Positions 19,690-26,991 of a stretch of 64,000 bases of DNA are shown here, piece by piece (position 1 is the first letter of the stretch; each line of letters begins with the position of its first letter). This DNA comes from an uncultured Lachnospiraceae bacterium (GTDB lineage: Bacteria; Bacillota; Clostridia; Lachnospirales; Lachnospiraceae), in the NCBI GenBank assembly GCA_910588965.1, contig CAJUSO010000006.1, positions 18,463 through 82,462 on the forward strand, given 5' to 3'. A program made the position numbers and the translations under genes. The notes beneath the pieces were generated by a model. The model worked only from the letters and a program-made list of their open reading frames with translations. It had not been told where the DNA came from and searched no databases.

Positions 19690-20619
19690 TTATTTCTGGT
19701 AAAGCATCCAGATTAGGTATTCGTTCAGGGCAGCGTTGGATGCTGCTGCCTGTTCCGGCGTCCAGGACTGGAAACCCTCCCCTGTCTTGAACCCGGTTTT
19801 CCCGGCCTCTTTCAGCCCGGCCAGCAGCTTGGAAGGCTTGTGGGAATCTTCCAGGTCTTTTAAGATATAATCATGGATATTATAAGTGAGGTCCGTCCCC
19901 ACCATATCTGCATTTTCCATAGGCCCGAGCTGGGGCAGCCGCAGCCCGAAGGAATAGCGTACGGCTTCGTCTACGGTGGCTGCGTCCGCAATCCCGTTTT
20001 CTACAATGGAGATAGCCTCCCGCCACAGGGCATGCTGCATCCGGTTTGCAATAAAGCCGGGCACATCCTTCTTACAGAGCACCGGTTTTTTTCCTGCTGA
20101 GCGGAGGACTTCCATAACGGTTTCTGCCACTTCATCAGAGGAAGCATCGGATTTCACCACCTCGACCAAGGGAATCAGATGCCCTGGGTTCCAGAAATGG
20201 GTGCCTACAAAACGCTCCCGGTGCTGCAGGTGTTCTGAAATCTGGGAGGGGCTCATGACGGAGGAATTGGTGCAGAAAATAGTATCCGCACTGCAGCGGG
20301 CTTCCAGCTTTGCAAAGGTCTCCTGCTTTACCTTCATATCTTCAAATACAGCTTCAATGACAAAGTCCGCAGAAGATACCCGGCTGCTGTCAATGTCGTC
20401 CGTAAAGGAAATACGGGAGAGGCGCTCATCCAATTCCGATTCCGCCAGGACGCCTTTTTCTATCAGCTTCTCTGTATTAATGCGGATGCCTGCAGCTACG
20501 TCCGTAGGGTTAATATCGTATAATGCAACCTGATAAGCCGGATTGGAGGCCATGACAAAGGCGATATTCTTCCCCATCATGCCTGCGCCGCAAATCAGGA
20601 TATTTTTAATTTCTTTCAT
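19690..20619 (-). CDS. 3-hydroxyacyl-CoA dehydrogenase family enzyme; probable 3-hydroxy-5-oxohexanoate dehydrogenase
   Basis: GAGMMG Rossmann motif, EAVFED, TNSS, HFWNP...LVEVV, PGFIANR; specific role inferred from the operon context. Confidence 0.8.
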   Translation of the reverse strand: MKEIKNILICGAGMMGKNIAFVMASNPAYQVALYDINPTDVAAGIRINTEKLIEKGVLAESELDERLSRISFTDDIDSSRVSSADFVIEAVFEDMKVKQETFAKLEARCSADTIFCTNSSVMSPSQISEHLQHRERFVGTHFWNPGHLIPLVEVVKSDASSDEVAETVMEVLRSAGKKPVLCKKDVPGFIANRMQHALWREAISIVENGIADAATVDEAVRYSFGLRLPQLGPMENADMVGTDLTYNIHDYILKDLEDSHKPSKLLAGLKEAGKTGFKTGEGFQSWTPEQAAASNAALNEYLIWMLYQK

Positions 20620-20779
20620 ACTGGGAAACCATCCTTTCGCAAGTCCAATTGATTGATGTATGATAAAGCTCCCGCCAGAATGGGGCGCCGCCTGCATCTT
20701 GATAGGTTGGCCTGCGCCGGGCCATACGGGGAGGAAAATACGAGGGTATTATGTCCTGGTGGGAGCCATATCAGCAATA

Positions 20780-20971
20780 TTATTCTTCTACTTCTGCATA
20801 CTCCATGTCGTCTGGAGTGCGTGCGCCGTCTTTTTCAAAGACGCCTTCCTTCCCGCAGAAAGGGCAGAGCCCGAACCTGTCCCCAAACGCAGGGATTAAG
20901 TCAGTCGCATATTTAAATTTCTGCTTGCACTCCTGGCAGTGGTAATACATAAAACAGGGTCCCCAGCTCAT
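20780..20971 (-). CDS. Small CxxC...CxxC zinc-ribbon protein
   Basis: 63 aa with CQEC and CPFC; start overlaps the BKACE stop (ATGA). Confidence 0.75.
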   Translation of the reverse strand: MSWGPCFMYYHCQECKQKFKYATDLIPAFGDRFGLCPFCGKEGVFEKDGARTPDDMEYAEVEE

Positions 20972-21810
20972 TTGCCGAGCCCCAGGATTTCCCGCGCCTC
21001 AGATGGCGTGGCAGGCTCATTCCCAAACTCACGGATTACACGGGCGGCACGTTCTACCAGCTGGCGGTTGCTCTCAGCCAGCTGGCCCTTGGCATACATT
21101 ACGTTGTCTTCCATGCCTACGCGGATATGGCCGCCCATGGCCACTGCCCCATAAGTCATTTCCATGGCGCAGTGCCCTACGCCAAAGCAGCTCCAGGTAG
21201 AGCCTGGGCAAAGCGTGTCCATGGTCTCTTTCATAAATACCAGGTTCTTCATAGAGCCTGGGATGCCGTTTGCACAGCCCATGCACATCTGGAAATGCAG
21301 GGGGGCCTTTAGTACGCCTTTTTTCAGGTAATAAGCGGCATTTGCAATCATCCCGGGGTCAAACACCTCAATTTCAGGCTTTACATTCCATTCCTGCATG
21401 TTCCTGCCCAATTCTTCCAGGAATTTTGGGGGGTTCAAAAAAAGGGAGGAATTGAGCCAGTTCATAGACCCGCAGTCGTAGCTGCCCATTTCCGGGCGCA
21501 GTTCCTTAAGGTGCGCCTGCCTTGTCTCGTCAGTCGCATTCAGATCCCCGGATGTGGTCAGGTTCAGTACAATGTCACAGTCTGGGTGCTGACTGCGCAA
21601 AAGGGTTACCGTTTCCCGGAACTTTTCTGTGGACATTGTCCCATTCCCTTCGTCATCCCGCATATGCAGGTGGGCGATGGCTGCCCCCGCCTGCCAGCAG
21701 CTATATACGTCATCTGCAATTTCCTGCGGGGTCATTGGGACGTTCGGGTTATTTTCTTTTTTTGGCCAAGCCCCGGTAGTGGCCACTGTAATAATTGTTT
21801 TCCTTGCCAT
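20968..21810 (-). CDS. Beta-keto acid cleavage enzyme (BKACE/DUF849); probable triacetate acetoacetate-lyase
   Basis: IITVATTGA, NVPMTPQEIA, metal-binding HLH, RVGMEDN; specific role inferred from context. Confidence 0.88.
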   Translation of the reverse strand: MARKTIITVATTGAWPKKENNPNVPMTPQEIADDVYSCWQAGAAIAHLHMRDDEGNGTMSTEKFRETVTLLRSQHPDCDIVLNLTTSGDLNATDETRQAHLKELRPEMGSYDCGSMNWLNSSLFLNPPKFLEELGRNMQEWNVKPEIEVFDPGMIANAAYYLKKGVLKAPLHFQMCMGCANGIPGSMKNLVFMKETMDTLCPGSTWSCFGVGHCAMEMTYGAVAMGGHIRVGMEDNVMYAKGQLAESNRQLVERAARVIREFGNEPATPSEAREILGLGK

Positions 21811-21920
21811 TCTTGCTATCCATCCTTTCTGCTATTGTTATAGGGCCGCAGCCTTATCCTATGGCGTAACTGGTTTTTCATTGTAACAATGGGGGTATGG
21901 AACAGTTACAGCCTGGCATT

Positions 21921-23240
21921 TTATTTCTGTGCCATTTTCCAGTCTTTATTGTATTTATGTTCGTCTACCGTAAGCACCAGCAGCACGTTCACCACTGCCA
22001 CGCATGCAAACACAAGGTAAGCAAACCGGATCTGGCCGCCAGTCAGAAGCTGCACGATGCCGTTCACTGCAAAGCAGAGAGCCGTAATCGCCCCTTGGAT
22101 GGGGAAAATCACGCTGTTGACCTTGTCAAATCCCTGGCGCCCGAAAATAGAGGTAGGCAAGGAAGTCGTAAAGTTTGCAGACCCGCCAATCCCCATGGCA
22201 ATCATGAACAGGGAGGCATATACCAGAGGCGTTACATGATCCACTGCCGTGAAGTTCAAAAGCAGCGCAACTGCATACCAAATCCCAAACAGCACCATAG
22301 TCTTTTTCGTGCCCATCTTCTCATCAATCACGCCTACCAGCCAAGAGCCCACAACGCCGCCCAATGCAAGTATGGTCATGACATTCATGGCGGTCTGCTG
22401 TGAGAAACCCAATTCCACATTCCGGAGCACAAGCTGGCTCATAACCCCTACGGAACAGATCTGGAAGAACCCTGTCGTAATTGCCGCCATCCACAGTTCT
22501 TTGGTAGCCAGCAGCTTTCCGGTCGACCAGCCGCCGTCCCCGCTGCCTGTGCTGTGGTCATATTCTTCCTGGTATACCTTATCTGAGACATTATCCGGGT
22601 TCAGGTTCCGTTCTTCCGGTGTATTCCGGATGAGGATCATCCCTAAGACGCCAATTACCACGGCTGCAATCCCAATCGGCACTACGCCCATGCCGATATT
22701 TTTCAGCACGGTAGGGCCAATCAGGATGGAAACCAGCTGTACATAAAACGCAGAAGCCAGGTTATGCCCCATCGTGGTGTACCCCATAACGATTCCCTTT
22801 TTCTTTGGGAACCAGTTTGCCACTAAGGTGCCGCCCGCCACATAGCCTGCCGACATAATGCCGCCATATACAAAGCACATAGCCACGCAATACAAGGCCA
22901 CGCTCCCTGCGTTGCAGGCAGCAATATAAGAAATCCCGGCAATGATTGTGAAAATCCCAGAAGTCAGCCTGGGCCCGATCTTTTGGTTCACCTGGCCGGC
23001 AATAATGAAGAATACTACCCCCACCAGCCCGGCGATGGAGTTCATGTTCATGATAGTCCCCGTTTCCACGCCTAGGGCGGCCGCCACATTCGGCGCAGAA
23101 ATATTAGACCCATCGTTACACATGCCTACATAAAGGAAGAACATCAGCAGGCAGTAAAGGATGGTCAGCCATCCCCATGCGCCAAAGCGGAAAATAGAAT
23201 TTTTATTGCCGTCCGGCAGGTTATTTACTTTTTTGTCCAT
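21921..23240 (-). CDS. MFS transporter
   Basis: About 12 hydrophobic helices; NWFPKKKG and G.IDEKMG loops; ATG 23240 follows GGAG. Confidence 0.9.
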   Translation of the reverse strand: MDKKVNNLPDGNKNSIFRFGAWGWLTILYCLLMFFLYVGMCNDGSNISAPNVAAALGVETGTIMNMNSIAGLVGVVFFIIAGQVNQKIGPRLTSGIFTIIAGISYIAACNAGSVALYCVAMCFVYGGIMSAGYVAGGTLVANWFPKKKGIVMGYTTMGHNLASAFYVQLVSILIGPTVLKNIGMGVVPIGIAAVVIGVLGMILIRNTPEERNLNPDNVSDKVYQEEYDHSTGSGDGGWSTGKLLATKELWMAAITTGFFQICSVGVMSQLVLRNVELGFSQQTAMNVMTILALGGVVGSWLVGVIDEKMGTKKTMVLFGIWYAVALLLNFTAVDHVTPLVYASLFMIAMGIGGSANFTTSLPTSIFGRQGFDKVNSVIFPIQGAITALCFAVNGIVQLLTGGQIRFAYLVFACVAVVNVLLVLTVDEHKYNKDWKMAQK

Positions 23241-23326
23241 TACCTTCTCTCCTTCAGAAATTAAGATTTGCCTCACGCTGGGAGAAACAGAGAAAGGGAG
23301 GAAACCCAGCATGTTTTCAGTGACGT

Positions 23327-23376
23327 AAAAAGAGCAGGAAGGCTATGGGAACGCCCTGCATAACCTTCCCGCTCCT
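23327..23376 (-). terminator. Intra-operon terminator-like hairpin after the cyclase gene
   Basis: GGAGCGGGAAGGTTATG / CATAGCCTTCCTGCTCT stem followed by TTTT on the minus strand. Confidence 0.65.
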
Positions 23377-23379
23377 GTA

Positions 23380-24387
23380 TTATTTATTGCGGTTAAAAAG
23401 CTGCTGCATATACGCCAGGCAGCTGCCGCCGTTGCCGTTTTCATCGGCATAACCTGTCCCGCCGTATGTATAAGTACGCTCCGGCACGTCTTCTAGCTGG
23501 CTTTCCTCAATATAAGCCACGCAGCGGGCCATGCATCCGTCGCCCATATACCAGCGCAGTGGGAAGCAGAAGAACTGGAACCATTTCCCAGCCGGGATTT
23601 TATCCAAATCCCCGCCCAGGTTCTCTACGCCTACGATGCCATGTCCCAGCATCTCCTTATGGCAGGGCTCCCAAGTCCCCCAAATGCCGATATTTTCCAA
23701 ATCCCCGAATTTTTCATCATAAGCAGACTGCCCATGGATGCGGATGTATTCTTCCTTATCGAACTCAGCATAAGCCTCTTCCCCAAACAGTTCCTTATAC
23801 TCTTCTGTAATCGGCCGCCCAGTGGCCCCCAACAGGTTCATGCGGGTCATCCCGTTATTTCCCATAGCCGTATGGAGCGGATGGTCCAAGGCCTGCCCGT
23901 CCATAGCTACGCATTTCACCTTGTTCTTCACAAACCATTTCCCAGCGTCGACGCCAGTCCCAGCTGCATAATGGTAATAAGCTTTGGAATCGTCAAACAG
24001 GCGGTGCATCCCTGTATTCAGGCAGAGCACCTTTCCTTCCAGGTCGGCTTGGTTCACGCCGTATTTCTCACAGGCAGCGTCCAGATGCTTGTCTGTGATC
24101 AGCCCCCATGGCTCAATGTCAATCTTTAAGACGATAGCGTCCCCTGTATAAGCGTCAACTGGCATTTCATGGGTATAGCGGGCTCTCTTCCCATCAAATT
24201 CATATTCCATGACATGGCGTGGGGCGTCACAGTGGGTCCCTGTATGCATCGTGCAGGTAATCTTCTGGGTAAGCACCCCGCCTTTCGCCATGGTATGGGC
24301 GCTGTCAATGACGGGCTTATCGAAATAGGGCCAGCGTGGGATTTCGGCGCTGAATGGATGTGTCAGGTCTATGTATACTTTGCTCAT
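23380..24387 (-). CDS. Cyclase-family (kynurenine formamidase-like) metallohydrolase; probable dihydrophloroglucinol cyclohydrolase
   Basis: IDLTHP, HTGTHCDAPRH (HxGTHxDxPxH), GVENL; ATG 24387 follows AAGGAG. Confidence 0.82.
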   Translation of the reverse strand: MSKVYIDLTHPFSAEIPRWPYFDKPVIDSAHTMAKGGVLTQKITCTMHTGTHCDAPRHVMEYEFDGKRARYTHEMPVDAYTGDAIVLKIDIEPWGLITDKHLDAACEKYGVNQADLEGKVLCLNTGMHRLFDDSKAYYHYAAGTGVDAGKWFVKNKVKCVAMDGQALDHPLHTAMGNNGMTRMNLLGATGRPITEEYKELFGEEAYAEFDKEEYIRIHGQSAYDEKFGDLENIGIWGTWEPCHKEMLGHGIVGVENLGGDLDKIPAGKWFQFFCFPLRWYMGDGCMARCVAYIEESQLEDVPERTYTYGGTGYADENGNGGSCLAYMQQLFNRNK

Positions 24388-24698
24388 GGTAAAAATCTCC
24401 TTTTCCTTTTTATATAAATAGATATTGGTAATTCCTTCTATGGCTGTCAGCATTTTGGTGGGGCTTCCCTCCAATGCACCGCTGATATTGGCAAGCTCAA
24501 TGGCTCTGCAACCGCTATTTTTACCGCATTTAGATGACACGCTTGCTGCATCTAGGGTGTATAGCGTTCATATCGCCCTTAACGGTAAATGTTTGCCAAT
24601 GCCAGCAGCCCCAGGCAGGCTCCCCCTCTTTTTAGGCAATTCAGGGGAGCCCGCCTGGGGCTGCGTCCGTCATGCCGGTAAAAAAGCCCTCCTTTTTC

Positions 24699-25493
24699 CT
24701 AGCAGGCCCAATACCCGCCGGTAGCGTCATAATTCCCTCCTGTGAGGAAATCAGAAGCCGGGGAAGCCAGCATGATGGCAAGCCCCACAAAATCATAAGG
24801 CTCGCCCAGCCTCCCAATCGGAAGCCTCTTTAGGAAGTTCTGGTATACGGCGGATTCCGGATCGAACATCCATTCCGTTAAATCAGAACGGAATACCGTG
24901 GGATTGATGGAATTCACATTGATTTTGTACTTTGCAGACAGATCGCAGGCCATAGACTGGATCATCAGGTCGCAGGCGCCCTTTGAAGCGCAGTAGCCAG
25001 TATAGCCAGCCATGCCCATCTTGGACCTGGCAGAGGAGACAACCACAATCTTGCCGCCTTCCCCCTGTTTTGCCATCTGCTCGGCAGAAGCCTTACATAC
25101 CACATAAACGCTCTTTAAGTCCGCGTCCATAATGTATTGCCAATCCTCTACGGACTGTTCCATAATATTCTGCGGCTTGTTGTATCCATGGGCTACAGCC
25201 AGGATATCCAGCCTGCCGTATGTATCTACGGCGAACTTTATGATTTTATCTACATCCTCGCTTTTGGATGGATCACCAGAGATAATAGCGCATTCCCCGC
25301 CCTCGTGTGCAATCTGCTCTGCGACAGTGTTTAATTTTTCCGTGTTGCGCCCGGTGATAACCACTTTTGCGCCGCTCATGGCATAAGCTACGGCAATTGC
25401 CCCGCCCAATGCCCCGGTTGCCCCTGTGACAACGGCTACTTTATCCTTGATGGAAAACAGGTTTTCCACAAATTCTCTCTGTACGTTGACCAT
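24699..25493 (-). CDS. SDR oxidoreductase; probable NADPH-dependent phloroglucinol reductase
   Basis: TGATGALG, basic TGRN (NADPH-type), [21 protein letters not shown] and [17 protein letters not shown] match my recollection of characterised clostridial phloroglucinol reductase. Confidence 0.82.
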   Translation of the reverse strand: MVNVQREFVENLFSIKDKVAVVTGATGALGGAIAVAYAMSGAKVVITGRNTEKLNTVAEQIAHEGGECAIISGDPSKSEDVDKIIKFAVDTYGRLDILAVAHGYNKPQNIMEQSVEDWQYIMDADLKSVYVVCKASAEQMAKQGEGGKIVVVSSARSKMGMAGYTGYCASKGACDLMIQSMACDLSAKYKINVNSINPTVFRSDLTEWMFDPESAVYQNFLKRLPIGRLGEPYDFVGLAIMLASPASDFLTGGNYDATGGYWAC

Positions 25494-25507
25494 AGCTGTG
25501 TTCCTCC

Positions 25508-25858
25508 TTATGCTTCTGGGTAATTGATGATAACCAGCATTTTAGCAGGCTTGCCGCTCTCGTTCTTCAGGCCGCGGCCTTCGTTCGGCGGGAAGCTGAT
25601 GCTCTCATTGGCGTGGATGACATATTTCTTGCCGTCCTTGTCCGTAACTGTCATTTCTCCTTCCAGGACATAATAGACTTTTTCTAAAGGGTTGTCCTCA
25701 TAGGCCCAGTCTGCGCCTCCGTCAGGCTCAAACTCCGAAACGCCAATCCAGAATTTCGTAGCGCCGGTCTCGTCTTTACCATGGTAACGCTTGCAGGTTA
25801 CGCCGAAATGTCCCGGCGGGAAATAGGGTTCCAGTTCTTCATAAGTCCTCTTAACCAT
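25508..25858 (-). CDS. Cupin-domain protein lacking the metal-binding histidines
   Basis: [13 protein letters not shown] and [11 protein letters not shown] cupin motifs; AAGGAG RBS. Confidence 0.85.
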   Translation of the reverse strand: MVKRTYEELEPYFPPGHFGVTCKRYHGKDETGATKFWIGVSEFEPDGGADWAYEDNPLEKVYYVLEGEMTVTDKDGKKYVIHANESISFPPNEGRGLKNESGKPAKMLVIINYPEA

Positions 25859-25929
25859 AATGATGCTCCTTTCTGTTTTTTATATATTGTGGGATATTCT
25901 ACAGTTACACATTGGCTTGTGTTATTTTT

Positions 25930-25978
25930 GTTATAATACAAAAAAATACCTTCTGCAAGAAGGCACTTTTTAGTAATA
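25930..25978 (-). promoter_or_regulatory. Promoter of the catabolic operon plus candidate HxlR-family box
   Basis: Minus strand TTGCAG-N17-TATAAC (25958 to 25930); adjacent near-palindrome CACTTTTTAGTA at 25964-25975. Confidence 0.5.
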
Positions 25979-26225
25979 TAAGTGGGAAATGGAAGGGTAA
26001 TTTCTTTTTGGTGTCTAGAAAATTTGACAAATTTTAAAAAAAATATTATATATTTTGCACAAAAAATTATGGTATTACAAAGACCAATTTAAAAAATAAA
26101 CAAAAAAGGACAAAAAATATTGTGCAAATTTCTGATTTTTCTATTTCTGATTTTTTCCAGGGGCAAATATGTTAGAATAATATGGTATTTAAGATGGAGC
26201 GATTATATGGAGGAGGTACGACAGG

Positions 26226-26693
26226 ATGGCGAGAGAATGCTTTGACAAACCCACAAACCCCTATCATTATGCACTGCATTGTATCAGCGGGAAATGGAAG
26301 ATGGTGATTCTGCATGAGGTATACACCTTTGGGAAGCTGAAGTTCAACTATACCCGGAAGGTATTGCCAATCACAGAAAAGGTTCTTAGCCAGCAGTTAA
26401 AGGAACTATGCGATGACGGGATTATACAGCGCATTGTGGATGGGAACCAATTCCCGCCAGATGTCAAATATGTGCTTACCAAATCTGGGGAACAGCTGCT
26501 CCCAGTGCTGGATACTTTGTATATCTGGAGCATCCGCCAGATGCATGAGAGAGGTATCCCAATAGATACGGATGCGTTCGTAGTCCATAAATCGGAAAAA
26601 TATTTGGATGCGCTTTGGGATATTATGAAATCGAACGGCTTCCAGCTGGAGGTAGAGATTGAGCGGGGGAAGAATAAAAAATATATGAGGTAG
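26226..26693 (+). CDS. HxlR/DUF24 (MarR-type) transcriptional regulator
   Basis: ISGKWKMVIL, ITEKVLSQQLKELCDDGIIQR, PPDVKYVLT; GGAGG RBS; divergent from the operon. Confidence 0.9.
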   Translation: MARECFDKPTNPYHYALHCISGKWKMVILHEVYTFGKLKFNYTRKVLPITEKVLSQQLKELCDDGIIQRIVDGNQFPPDVKYVLTKSGEQLLPVLDTLYIWSIRQMHERGIPIDTDAFVVHKSEKYLDALWDIMKSNGFQLEVEIERGKNKKYMR

Positions 26694-26818
26694 AGGGTAA
26701 GGGTCCGCCTAACGCCCGGCAGTGCGTAGCCTAGCGGGTAAAACGCCCGATGCATTGCCTCAGGCCAGGCTTGCGTCTTATCCTTTTGCGATAGAATCAC
26801 ATAGGCAAGAATAAGCCG

Positions 26819-26860
26819 GCTTCCGGCTGCAAATGGCATTCTGCAGCCGGAAGCGTTTTT
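26819..26860 (+). terminator. Intrinsic terminator after the HxlR gene
   Basis: Perfect 13-bp stem GCTTCCGGCTGCA/TGCAGCCGGAAGC followed by TTTTT. Confidence 0.75.
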
Positions 26861-26875
26861 GCCTGGACAAGTATA

Positions 26876-26904
26876 TTGACGCGGTTAGGGGCACGTGGTA
26901 TTAT
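26876..26904 (+). promoter_or_regulatory. Sigma-A promoter of the hybrid kinase
   Basis: TTGACG-N17-TATTAT with an extended TG. Confidence 0.65.
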
Positions 26905-26991
26905 GACACAAGAACAGCTGCTTTTTGCGGCAGGGTTATTTGATGTGCGGTAACTATGGCCGGAAAGCGGCCTATGATGGAGGGAAGGCTT

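Noticed and set aside
20968..21810. Lysine fermentation (kce) or carnitine pathway reading of the BKACE
   Set aside because: No kamA, kamDE, kdd, kal or BCCT/carnitine genes nearby; the neighbours fit phloroglucinol catabolism better.
23380..24387. Kynurenine formamidase (kynB), tryptophan catabolism
   Set aside because: No kynA or kynU, and that route starts with an O2-dependent step; only the family motif is shared.
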